From assembly GCA_021613535.1 (NCBI GenBank), contig CP075492.1, positions 12,896,001 through 12,960,000 on the forward strand: 64,000 nucleotides of DNA, given 5' to 3'. Shown here piece after piece: positions 26,828 through 39,262 of the stretch. How positions within the stretch are numbered: the stretch's first letter is position 1; every line of letters starts with the position of its first letter. The position numbers and the translations under genes are program-made. A model generated the notes under the pieces. The model worked only from the letters and a program-made list of their open reading frames with translations. It was not told the origin of the DNA and ran no database searches. The DNA is from Adineta vaga (Eukaryota > Animalia > Rotifera).

Positions 26828-27507
26828 CAACAAGACTTTATTGTAACCTATAATTGAATTGTATATATCTTATTTGACTTCTTTTCCGAAAGAAGAAAAC
26901 GATATCAAAAATACGTTATTTTTTCTTCCCTATCAGATGTAATCATTATGTTTTGTTATAGAATTAAATAAAGAAATATATGTTTCTCTAATTTGATTAC
27001 TTTTTCATTATTATGATAATATGTAGAGTAATGAAATGATGTTTCATTTGTAGGTCGTATAATTCTAGCCTATATAAAGTCGATATAAATATTGTCAAAC
27101 AAGCAGACATGTATTCACAGTAATTACTGTTCGTTTCTCGCTTGTTTTCTGTATCAACTTGATCTAAATGATTGATTGCTTTTTTGAGTCTATTAAACGA
27201 AATAACTATTTTATTGAATTATTAGCATCTATTTGAGAAGATGAAGCAATTGTCTCATACTTACTGTAGTTATAACATAATAAGAATAAAATATACATTC
27301 TACATCAATATTTTATATAACTGCAAATCCTCTTCACAATTACTACAGAATCTACTTTATGCTAATACTTCATTGATATTCGTCTGATTTTTATTTTGTG
27401 AAAATGTATTCCAATCATAGAGATAATCTTTGTTTTTATAGGTACGTTAGTATTTTGCACGCTGTTGTCGGTACACAGACGTCTAGACAGATAGAGTGCT
27501 TCATCGT

Positions 27508-27634
27508 TAATAATAAGTAAGAAAAATTGAAGTTTTGCTCAATGTGACCAGTTAGTTTTTGAAAAAAGTTTGGTGTACAATCAAATGACACTAATATGTA
27601 CATTTCTACTTCAATTTTCTCTTATCTATTAGTA
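27508..27634. repeat. Imperfect ~26 bp terminal inverted repeats (MITE-like relic)
   Basis: TAATAATAAGTAAGAAAAATTGAAGT (27508-27533) versus the reverse complement of 27608-27634, TACTAATAGATAAGAGAAAATTGAAGT. Confidence 0.35.
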
Positions 27635-28419
27635 AAAGAGATGAAAATTGTTTCAATTCTTTACTTCACATAAATCATAGTTTCTTTGTAACTCAAAGAA
27701 AGTCATCCACATTTGTTTTTATCATAATTTCTGAAGACTATTTTGAACGAATCATTATTCAATTATGTCATTTAATAATTTTAACGAATCTGTTGAGAAA
27801 TACTCGTTTATTTTTAAAAGTCCACCTTACAATCATATAATTTTCCTTCACTATGCAAGTACATCAAACGTCATCAAGCAATATAAAAAATTGAATGAGT
27901 AGGATTATAATGACATATGCAGCAGAGAAAGAGAAAGATAATCGTAGATAGACATATACGGCATTGATGATCAAATTGCGTCTAAATAATATATTGTCTA
28001 ATCATTTTGTATTTTGTTTTTCCCTTTATTGCTACCTCATATTTAACCTAATGGCTGCCTATTCATTAGGATATTTTTCATTAGGGCAAACAATAATTAA
28101 TCAAACAAGGTAAATGCATGCGCACGAAAGAAAAGAAAAAATATCTCTATATATTAGTTAGTGAAACTTAATGTCAATAGTATCGAACATTAAATTCGTT
28201 TGAAACTCAAGTAAACATGTTATTAATGATGGTCCTCGTGTATCATTATAGTTTAGCCTGAGGCAAAACTATTCTAGGTTCCTTTATAGTAGCATCGAAT
28301 GCATTTTACATGATGCTTATGTACTAAAGGTCTGTTTTCTAGAGAAAACAGTGGTCCCTGTTGTTTTTGGTAAGGTCAGTCTCTTTTATATAACCTTTGT
28401 TTTAGATACTATCGAAAAT

Positions 28420-29703
28420 ATGTCGAAAATAATTCTATCATATTTATTCAAAACCAATATGTCTGCTTTTCGGGCAGCTATCTTAGCGAACAACACAAAT
28501 AGAATCTGTCGTATATTGGATATTGAACGAAATAATATTACCAAAAATATCGATAGTGCAGGCAATACTGCACTCTTATTCGCCATTAAATATGCATCAC
28601 CTCTTACTGTTCAACTCTTACTAAAACAAGGTGCACAACCTGATCAACCCAATTCTCTCACATTACAAACACCACTCAGTTTACTAGCAGCAAAAACATA
28701 CGATACAGATCAAACACATCAAGCAGAACTAGATCTAGAAATAGCAATTCATCTTCTTGATCATGATGCATTCGTTGATAAACCTTCGCCATTTAAATCT
28801 GTTGATGACAGTGGCCAAGAATATAACGTTAAAGAAACACCATTGATGACAGCAGTACGAAGACGAAATCTCGCAATGGCAACATTACTCGTCGATCGAA
28901 AAGCAAATGTTAACTACCTCGAAAAACACTATCAAAATCGACCGTAAGATCTCTTCGGTAAATTTCGTTCTTTCCATCATGCTTCTTCTATGTTTAGAGT
29001 TCATCTTGCAATTATGAATGGTGATGAAGCCATGTTTGATCTGTTGGAGAATGCAGGTGCATCATGTCGTTCTGTTGTAACCGATGGAAACAATACACTT
29101 TTGCATTGGTTCTGTAGTAACAAGGCGAATGATGAACAAAGATCATTATTGAAGAAGTTGATTGATATTGGATGTAATGTGAATGCAGAAAATGATGGTC
29201 AACAAACTCCGTTGATGCTTGCAGCTAAACTGAATATGGTGAATACATGTGAAATACTTCTGAATGCTCGTGCTGATACAGATATAGTTGATCATCGAGG
29301 TCATCGAGCGATTGACTTGGCAAAACTTGGTAGTGATTGTTTTCGTTTATTACAACATGCAAGAAAGGTTCAACAGAAGAAAGCTCAATCATATCAAAAT
29401 ATAGAGCGAATGGTTTGTAAGAAACCGCTCTTACCTCGTCGTCAACTTTCCTTACGTACTAGCGAACCAATTGAACAATTTCAATCTGATGAAAACAAAA
29501 TGAAACGTTATTTGTCAACTATTGTCTGTGAAGAAGAAAAGAAAATCGAAGATCAAACATCGTTCTGTATTTCAAATAAGTCATTGCCTGAACAAGAAAA
29601 TGATACAAAATATAAACGTAAATGGAACAAACTACTTCAAAAGAGACAAATACTACGACAAACTAAGCATTTATCTTTACATTCAATCGACTATTACTCT
29701 TGA
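28420..29703 (+). CDS. Ankyrin-repeat protein, paralogue B
   Basis: Same ankyrin core and intron as paralogue A (offset 2897). ATG at 28420; N- and C-termini divergent. Confidence 0.9.
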
Positions 29704-30229
29704 ATTGAATTTCTCGGTAATTAACTTATTATTTTTCATGTCATAACATTAGTCATCTATGTGTCTCTTCGTAAATATGTGTAACATACGAAACTTAATA
29801 AATAAATTTATTTTTCATACAGTTCGGAACTAATCGCTGAAACTACTATATTCTTTACTAAATAGACAGGGTCAATATTTTTTATGCACTCTGAAGATGA
29901 AAGTTAAATTTGGTCACGGTCACATAGACATATTAGAACAATAGTGAGATACGTTCTTCAGCACAGATTAACCTTGATCCTAATATAATTATATCTATCA
30001 GCGATTCTTATGAAAACATTAGAGAGTTTAGACAATTATAGAAACTACGCACTATATCATTCCCATTGTACGATACGTGTTTTGTTTTTTTGTTTGTTTT
30101 CGTTCAAAAGAGAACAATACACAAATAGAAGTCCAAGACAAAGATACATAATGACAAAAAAAACAATTTTGAAGTTTGACTATCCAATATAACTAGACAT
30201 TCACAAGTTTTGTATGAGATGAATATTTT

Positions 30230-31591
30230 CTAATCTCCACCGGCGGCTATTGGTGATCGACTAAAATTTTGAATTATTGAAAGAATTATATCATATGAAA
30301 ACTTTCAACATACTTATAATTAGCATTTCCATCGACTGCAGTAGCTGAAGATGATTCAGCTATACCATTTGTATGACGATTACTAGGAGCACTTGCACTA
30401 CGAGATCTGCTTCGTCTAAGAAATTTACAATTGATATTGAAAGATAGTTTTGAAAGGAAGATTTTCTTTACCCATTCGCATGACCATGTGATTTTCGTCT
30501 TGATTTTGAACGTGATCGAGAACGTGAAGCAGATTTAGAATCACGTCGATCGCTTGAATGTCGTGAACGTTTACGATCTCGTGGTGAAACACTACGTCGA
30601 CGATAACGATCTGAATGAAAGTTCATTCATGTATATGACTAATAGATACAAAATCAAGCTTACCTCGCGAATCTGAACGTGATCTTGAGCGACGTCGTCG
30701 ATATCGTGAACCACTTCGTGATCGACTTCTATTCAATAATAGATAATAACGTTTCATTTTTTTGTTAAACACTCGTTTATCATATATTTCTTTTAACCAA
30801 CAAACAAAAGAAGACGGAGAGCCAATCATCTTATCTGATCCAACGACATACAAATACTTCGAAAACTCGCCAAACTATAATTGGATAGGAACAATATTAA
30901 TCGTACAACATTTCATCTTTCAGAATCATCCGTCTGATCAATTTTAGCAAGCAATTATTCAAATCAAAAGGTTCTATGAATACTAATATTCTTTTTACCT
31001 TGATCGTCGACGACCACCACCACCACTACGATATGAACTAAATGAATATCCACGACCACCACGATGTCGACCACCAAATGTACGTGTACGTGCCCAACTA
31101 ACACCTACACGTGTTGAGCCAACAATTCTAAATCAATTGATTCGTTGGATCAATCAGGTATGTGTTTTCTTCTTACTTTCCATCAACTTCTCGAACGGCT
31201 TTATCAGCATCAGATCGATGTTTGAAATTAATAAAAGCAAAACAAGGTGGATTTGTTGCTACCCATACCTAAAATACATTTGTCTTTCTTATTTCAATTA
31301 TCGATTGGAAAATAACGATAATTACTTCATTGATTACTCCATATTTAGTAAAAACTTTTTCAATTTCTTTTCGAGATATTCCTGCAGCTAAATCTGATAC
31401 ATGAATACGATAACCCGATTCTCCATCCCAATTTGATGATTGTGCACCTCGTCCACTTAATCGAAAGAGAGAAGAAATGATTTCTTTTTTGTAAAAGCAA
31501 TTTGAGTCAACTCAAAAATAACTTACGACGAACTTGAAGACATTGATCGAGAACGTGAACGAGAACCTGAACGTGAACGATGTCGACCCAT
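30230..31591 (-). CDS. SR-family splicing factor (SRSF3/SRSF7-like RRM with RS domains)
   Basis: [14 protein letters not shown]..., then [14 protein letters not shown]...[30 protein letters not shown]...RVGVSWA, then RGG and RS-rich exons. Stop at 30230. Confidence 0.88.
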
Positions 31592-32497
31592 TCGAAATAC
31601 TAAATAATCAGGAAATTTTCAATTTAGACAATGAAATGAAATGGAATTGTGTCTCTATATATGTTAAAGATTTTTTTCTTCTTTGTCTCGTCGCTATCTC
31701 GTCTATCCGTCTTCAAATAAACCAATCGAATGATTTTAGAACGAATTTTTTCGTCTTAAACAATATTCTCTATTCGAAGAATTTTATTTCGTTCACTTTA
31801 ATTCCTCAAAAGATAGTTTAACGAAAGAATCATTACGGAGGTTAAGTATGATATAAATGGTGACTTTTAACCAATAGTATCAACGACCTCTTTTGACTGG
31901 TTGGTTATATATATTTTTTTCCTCAATTGTTTTGAATATTTCGATTATAAATAAGCTAACTAGCAAAGATCAATCAGCTGTTTCTGATATGACTAGTTTA
32001 AAATCTCTAAAACATCAGTTATATCGAGTATAATCAAAATTAAAAGTTCCATGGAGATATTCAATTTTATCCGCTGAATATCTAAATCTAGTTATATTGA
32101 TCACAACTTAGATCGTTCTTCATTGAAGCAAGGATTGTAAAAAAAAGCTGGCCACACATTCTCATAATGAATGGTATTATGAAATAGATTGAAATGATTT
32201 TTTCATTGAAAGAAGCAAGATTATTAACTAAATCAATGTTTATAGTGAGTAATTTATCAAGAAAATACATGACTGGATATTATCTGAGACAGATGCTACT
32301 CGATCCTCGTTTTCTCATGGAATTCAGATCAATGTTCAAAAACCTATTTTCAAACAATGATTGATGAGAAAAAATTCAGATATTTCAGTTCAATATATTG
32401 ATTGAGTAGCATTCTTTATAGGTTGTTCTTCCCTTTCTTCTCTGTCAACTGTCATGGATGTTATCGAAAACTTTAAAGACACTATTCTTTTCAGATA

Positions 32498-33285
32498 ATG
32501 ACCGCTAATAGTGAAGCAAGTACTAAATATGAAGAAGAGGAAGATTGGTCGAAATTACCTGTTGATCATCCAAGAAAATTAATTCCTGAATTGTGTCGAT
32601 TATTCTATCAACTTGGATGGGTCACAGGTTAGATGAGAAGATTTCATTTCAAATCTAATTCGTGATAATTTTAGGCACTGGTGGTGGCATTTCATTGAAA
32701 TATAAAGATTTAATCTATTTAGCTCCAAGTGGTGTTCAAAAAGAACGTATCGAACCACAACATCTATTTGTTCAAACTATTCAAGGTGATACTGTGAAAG
32801 AACCACCAAACGAACTTCGTTTAACACGTAGTCAATGTACACCATTGTTTTATGCGGCATTTGAATTACGTAATGCTGGTGCTTGTATTCATACACATTC
32901 TCGAGCCGCTCTCATGGTCACATTATTATGTGATGGTCAACATGAATTTCGTATAACACATCAAGAAATGATTAAAGGAATTAAAAAAGGTTCAACAGAA
33001 AAAGAATATTATCGATTTGATGATACATTAGTTGTTCCAATTATTGAAAATACTTGTGAAGAAAGAGATTTAACCAGTTCATTACGTCGTGCTATGGAAT
33101 TATATCCTGATACATGTGCTATTTTAGTTCGAAGACATGGCGTTTATGTTTGGGGTGATACTTGGCAAAAAGCGAAAACAATGTGTGAATGTTATGATTA
33201 TCTTTTTGAAATCGCTGTAAGCATGCATTTAAATGGATTTGATCCAGCAAAAAAACCGGAAACATATAAAAGTCCTTTTGTTTAG
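32498..33285 (+). CDS. APIP: Methylthioribulose-1-phosphate dehydratase (APIP/MtnB, methionine salvage)
   Basis: [20 protein letters not shown]|[40 protein letters not shown] and CECYDYLF. Intron 32628-32674. Confidence 0.95.
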
Positions 33286-34294
33286 ATAAAAAAGCAAATA
33301 TATTTTGATTTTTTCTATCAGCAAAAAGAAATAAAACTATTCAAGAAAGAATATAATCGTAAATATACGAATCATTTGACAATTCGAAATATTACGACAA
33401 ACGATTTCTTAAATATATTCGATGAAGTTTATACAATGGAGATGTGAATGTTTTTCTCGAATAGTTCAAGTCAGAATAAAATGTCAAATGTACTGTTTAT
33501 TGCGATGGAAACATTGAATAACATTAAAAATCAATGAGGTGACGATAAGAGACGATGGCATGTTTTATTGTAAAACAAATAAAATATTTATTATGACATT
33601 TCTTCTGATACATTAAAGATCTTCATTATGAACAGATCAATCATCTATTCATAAACCGTTACGATCAAAATATTATTTACATGTCATATTGATAGGGTGC
33701 ATATATTTGTAGATTATGGAATTTAAAAAAAGTCTAAATCTTGTTGACAACTAGCATGCCTTGAATGTGATGCGTTTACTCATCGATATCTTTATTTATT
33801 TATTCATTCGTTTGAAATGAGTGCATTATATTGCATTGTAAAACATATTCAAAATGTTTCATATATTTAAACGAAGTCTAATTTAATTATAATTTTTAAT
33901 TCTCAAAAAAAAATGGTAGTCACATCTTCCAGTGGAATTAAAGTCTTAGACAAATCCTTTGTTACTTCAAAGCTTGACTGACTAGAAATAGATTTTTTTT
34001 TGTTTCTTATTTTAATCTCATTTTTCTTATAAGTACACGCGATTTCCATCAACTGGTATTTCATCAATGTAGAACATCGAGATATGATCTTTAAAAAACT
34101 TATGTTCGGAAGCTTGGTATCTCTTTCCACATGATAGAAAAGAAAAAGACTAAACTATATGCACTTTCTTCTACTTTCTTTCCATCATTAATTATTTATC
34201 TTCCGGTACGCTTGATATATAAAAGTAGAATACATTTGTGCAGCTGATATCACTTGATTGATTCATACCAAACTACACCTTCTTGCTACGAACA

Positions 34295-35254
34295 ATGCCG
34301 GTCACAGTTCTGCCCTTCGTTCAACAATTCATGATACGATACATCATGAGCACTTACTTCGCTTTCGGTCTCATCGGAAACATCTGCAATTGTATCGTCT
34401 TCTGCAAACAAGTATCCCGACAACGAACACCCTGTTCAGTCTATCTTCTTGCACTTTCTATCTTTGCATTCATCTATCTCCTTTGGTCTATTGTTCCACT
34501 TCTCTACACTCTTGATCATATCGATCCACAAGTGCAATCATTAGCTTACTGTAAAGTACGATTGTATGGCAGTCATGTTCTTGGTCAATTCGTTCGATTT
34601 ACAGTTCTTTTTGCTTGTGCCGATCGATTCTTCATTACAAGATCAAATGCTCATATTCGTGCATGGAGTTCATTTAAAAATGCAAAGAGAATGGTTGCTG
34701 TCATGTGTATTGTTTGGATAGTGGTAGGATTACATCTACCTACGTTCATGGAAATTCGAGGTGGCGTTTGTTGGATGTTCGACTTCTACAAGTTCTTCTA
34801 TCCAATCTATCAATTTACTTTGGTTGGTTTTACACCACCAGCATTGATGAGTGTGTTTGGTTATCTGACTGTTCGTACGCTTAGTGAACGTCACGCAGCA
34901 AATGAACATATTCGACAAAAGGATCGTGATCTGATGAGAATGTTGATTGCTGAGATCATGGTCAATATAGTTACATCCATTCCATTTTCGGCTAATCTTC
35001 TCTATGGAACAGCAACCTTTTATGTGGTAAATAAAAGTGTTGAACGAGTAGAAATCGAAAATTTCGTAAATTTCTTATCACAGTTTCTGATCCATTTGTT
35101 GAGTGTTGCTCCATTTTACTTATTTGTGATCTCATCAAAATCATTTCGACGTGAGTTCATACATACACTGCTTGGATGGTGGTATAGATACGTACTTCGA
35201 CGTACTCGAATCTTACCAATAACTGATCATACAACAGCGACAATTGGACATTAG
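34295..35254 (+). CDS. Intronless class A GPCR
   Basis: GLIGNICNCIVF, RTPCSVYLLALS, ACADRF, PPALMSVFG and APFYLFVISSKSFRREF; seven hydrophobic segments. Confidence 0.9.
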   Translation: MPVTVLPFVQQFMIRYIMSTYFAFGLIGNICNCIVFCKQVSRQRTPCSVYLLALSIFAFIYLLWSIVPLLYTLDHIDPQVQSLAYCKVRLYGSHVLGQFVRFTVLFACADRFFITRSNAHIRAWSSFKNAKRMVAVMCIVWIVVGLHLPTFMEIRGGVCWMFDFYKFFYPIYQFTLVGFTPPALMSVFGYLTVRTLSERHAANEHIRQKDRDLMRMLIAEIMVNIVTSIPFSANLLYGTATFYVVNKSVERVEIENFVNFLSQFLIHLLSVAPFYLFVISSKSFRREFIHTLLGWWYRYVLRRTRILPITDHTTATIGH

Positions 35255-36872
35255 ATATGATTTTCTCAACTGCAAGTGATTTATTGTTTGTCTATTTCCA
35301 TGATATACCGTATTTCTTAGCGTGCTTCTGTAAAACAAATCATTTTGTGTTTATTTCCTACCCTGCTGTTATGTTATGTATGAGATGTGATTGGCAGTGA
35401 TGAATAAATATGTCATTTTCCTTTGAATTTACAAAGCTCTTCATGTATAGCTGATTGAGTTTGATACCATTCGTTATATTTGAAGAAGAAGTAGAAGTGC
35501 GTATAATCTCGACCAGAATAACTGCGAAGACTTTTGTCACAGGAAATCAAAAGCAAAAGTAGACTACTTAGTTCATTTAACCTGATATAACAGTGACAAT
35601 GGTATGAAACTCTAAAGTTGAATTCAGGTACTCAATTATTCAAGTTTTAAACTAATCAGTGATTCAATGGTAGAGAGTTAGCACCAGAAACGTCAGTTTA
35701 TCAAGGTATTCAACACGCTTCCTTGCGACGGTCAAAACTATATTAAAAAATAATTATATTGTGTCGCTATGACAAAAGCACTTTCTTACGAATACTCTAA
35801 GAAAAGTTTATATAGCCCTTTGTCCTTCGTCATCCTCCGAATATTCTGACAGTTATAAAAAGAACATGTGCTGACTGCGAAATCTGCAACTTTCGTGTTG
35901 ATACAGATCCACGACGTATGCATAAAGTAGAACTTTGTGAATAAACGTTCATTTATCATTGACTGCAAAGACAATTGTAGTAAATATATGTGATTATGAA
36001 AGAAGTTTTTCGTTTACAAAAAGTTCGTTGTACTGAATCATATCACTGAATAATATACAATTATGGATAACAAAATCAGGTACATTGTATTGAAATGATA
36101 CAATGATAATTGAATTTTATTATCCGTATGTTCTTAGTGAGATAAAGTAAAGAAGATTATAGTATAGTTTAATTCAGAATTTACGAAGAAAATCTAAACA
36201 ACCAATAGTATTCTATATCACTGTTCATAATGAATAAGGCCCAGGGATGATACTTTTGTAGAGCAACACGAAAGATCTTGTTTGAATTACTTAAATATTC
36301 ATGAAAAACGTCGAATCATTCACTAGTTGATTGAAGATACAACCATTAACATTTGTAATTATCCAAATTATTTTCAACGAGAAAAATTGTCGTGTTTGTT
36401 TCGTGCCAATCTATTCTTGAAATAGTTCTTGTAAAATTCTTTAGAAAATGTAGAGAAGACAAAATAATATATACTTTCGAGAAGAGAAATAAGAACTAAT
36501 GTTTAAATCTCTTCATTTGTTTTCCGTCTTTCATCAAAACTTTACATTAACTCAGTTTTATCACGAATAAACCGAATTGTTGGAACGTGATATATAACCA
36601 GATGATTCTCATTCAATCTTATTAGTTCTTTTAGAAATTATTATCTTTTAGATTGAAAGAAAAGCGCACGAAATCGAAACGTATAAAGAAAAAGTAGAGA
36701 TGTCGTTCTTTCTATTCTATGATAATAATGAAAAAGTAGGTAAGTTACCTCATTACACATAAAAATAATAATTTTTTCTTTTGCATCTATATACATAGAC
36801 TTATCGAATGACACGCTAATAAACAGACTGAAAATAGCACAAGTAGATCTCAGGTACATATTACCACGAACG

Positions 36873-37128
36873 ATGCCCGGCACAGTTCTGCCTTTCGTTC
36901 AACAATTCATGATTCGATACATCATTAGCTTACTGTAAAGTACGATGGTATGGCAGTCATGTTCTTGGTCAATTCGTTTGAAAATTTCGTAAATTTCTTA
37001 TCACAGTTTATGATCCATTTGCTGAGTGGTGGTATAAATACGTGCTTCGACGTGGCAGGGTGGCTGCATTAAATGATCAAATTACGGTAACATTACGACG
37101 AAAAGAGACTGGCGAAAGAACGGTATGA
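36873..37128 (+). pseudogene. Internally deleted copy of the 34295 GPCR family
   Basis: Four colinear high-identity blocks match 34295-34347, 34537-34597, 35055-35105 and 35177-35203. A diverged but in-frame C-terminal tail ends in TGA at 37128. Confidence 0.9.
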
Positions 37129-37282
37129 TTTAGTTAATCTATCAATGACTCAACTTTTTCGTTTGAACAAATATAGACAGTGCAGAGCATATTTATTTCT
37201 GGTTGTATAAATGATAGTGAGAATATTTAGAGGCAAAATATGAACAAACAACAATAGCTTAAAATTCATGCAGATATTTATA

Positions 37283-38240
37283 TCAAATAAATGGCACAAC
37301 ATTTGGCAAATTTAGTTTTTGAAAAAAGTTTCTTATCTCTTCACGTTTATACTGTTGTGAAAAATGAATCAATACAAAAATTGTATTTGGATTTTGTACA
37401 ACGAATGGTTGAAGATCATTCTAAATTGAAAAGAAACTCGTTTTTTTAAATTAGTTTTTGATAGTTTTTTCATACCCAAATAACATGTTTAACATCTGAT
37501 GCTCGTTCTGCATGCTGTTCATGATCAATAAATGAACATTCGACTATAATCAAACGAAATTGAGATAATTCGGAAGAATATTTTTGGAAAATTGTCGCTG
37601 TTGTATCACCCAAAAAAGCAAATAAGGGTACTAATCTTTCTTCGGTTAATTCCAAAGTTTTATCTTTCTGTCGCAAATTACCAATTTCTTTACTTGTTAA
37701 ATGTTCATAGTCTTTCTTCAATTTTTGTCGATTTTCATAAAATCCATAACCACAACAAGGAACAGAGTGGTCCATATCAAATATACGAATTTTCATTGTT
37801 TTCCGAAATGTTAATAATTCATCAGATTGAACACCAATTAAATCATAATTTTTCGTCCATTTACTAGTATCAGCATCCATTTCTCCAGCCGCACGAAGAA
37901 TTTGACATTTTTCAATAAATTCTTTCATAGATTCAACAGCAGATATAGGAAGATAGACTTGTGGTGGACGGCTTCGACTGACAAATCGTGTTATATCAAG
38001 GCAATGATCAGAATGAGTATGAGTGATAAATATATTTCTTGGATGAGTCGTTGTCACTAAACAACCGCAATCCAGTAACATATCTAATTCAGGTATGAAG
38101 AGACTTGTTGCATCGGCTGCTCTTGAACGACCAATTAAAGTATAAGAACCAAGAGTAGAAGGAAATTTCCAAGAAAGGATATCATTTGAGCATAGCCATT
38201 CACTACTCGAAGGTAGAGGTGTAGGAAACATGCTTGTCAT
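37283..38240 (-). CDS. Short-form tRNase Z-like metallo-beta-lactamase (TM-type-like), 2 exons
   Basis: GRSRAADAT, LLDCG, FITHTHSDH (HxHxDH), DHSVPCCGY, FLGDT, ECSF. After intron ~37474-37422, exon 2 has VLIHFSQQY; stop at 37283. Confidence 0.88.
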
Positions 38241-38321
38241 TTGATTTTCACGAGCCGAGTGCTTTATTCTTTCTGAATTTGTGTAATTTCGACAAAAAAT
38301 GGCAAGCGTTTAAAAGCCTAA

Positions 38322-38368
38322 AAATGACGTCATTTATTGCGCAATTTCATTGCTTCTTGATACACGTG
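38322..38368. promoter_or_regulatory. Clustered CRE, C/EBP and E-box palindromes
   Basis: AAATGACGTCATTT 38322-38335, ATTGCGCAAT 38336-38345, CACGTG 38363-38368. Confidence 0.7.
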
Positions 38369-38811
38369 AATTGATTAACGAATGAGATTAAATCTTGTGT
38401 ACAAAATAGTGACTATATGATGTGGAGAAAGAGGAAGCATTAAAAGTTTTGTTAGGATGACCTTACATAGTGACATCACTTTAGGTAAAAATTTCCTCAA
38501 TAAAATAATAATAGTAAATATTTCAGTGATCAGATGAATGAAAAACATTTAAAGTTCGTTGGAATATATCCATAGATTCTATTCGTTTTGTAAACCTATA
38601 GAAAAACAATATTCGTTATGTGAATTAGTACACATCACGTCACGTGGCCCTATTTTTTCTCTTTCTACGATTCTACTATTTCTTCTCGTTGACCCTGATT
38701 CCATCTTTCTCGTCTACTCCACCATTCATTTAACTAAACACTCTATTTCTATACAGTACATATTTCTCTTTATCCGTTTCGAAGTTATACTACTATCTCG
38801 AAATTGTAAGA

Positions 38812-39012
38812 ATGTCCTCATCAAACCAAGGTAAAGAATATACTGGTTTGGAAACAGATCATGGTGATACAAAAAAACAACAAGCTGATCAAAGTGCTAA
38901 AGACGGTATGTCCAAAGGTGCTGTTTCTGTTGATCATGCCAAATCTGGTGGTTCATCTGGTGATATCGGTCTCGGTAATCCCAATACTCAAACACATCGA
39001 CCACCAACATAA
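38812..39012 (+). CDS. 66-aa hydrophilic Gly/Ser/Asp/Lys-rich protein (hydrophilin/LEA-like)
   Basis: ATG-initiated ORF, richer in GC than its flanks, with codon usage like neighbouring genes (GGT, GAT, CAA). No Trp, Cys or Phe. Confidence 0.7.
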   Translation: MSSSNQGKEYTGLETDHGDTKKQQADQSAKDGMSKGAVSVDHAKSGGSSGDIGLGNPNTQTHRPPT

Positions 39013-39262
39013 TTTTTTTTCATTGTTTTCTTTTTGTCATGAATATGACAATTGTGTTTGATAAAAGTATCAAATAAAACGTCAACAAGAATGAAGTGTA
39101 GATGGGCGTGTTTCTTATTTGATTTCTATTGAATCTAAAGTTTCGTTTATATGTCAAAATATTTTTATGAAACGTTTTATTCGAAATGTTATCAATAAAA
39201 AACTCGTGCTTCACTGAATACAGACACAGTCAATAGTTTTCTCATTTGATTTTTCATATCTT

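Noticed and set aside
36230-36430. Possible degraded coding fragment between the GPCR and its pseudogene
   Set aside because: Interrupted by stops, with no recognisable homology or motif.
36873-37053. Interpretation of the deleted GPCR copy as a retrocopy or spliced isoform
   Set aside because: The parent is intronless, the missing segments are not GT-AG bounded, and there is no poly(A) tail or target-site duplication.
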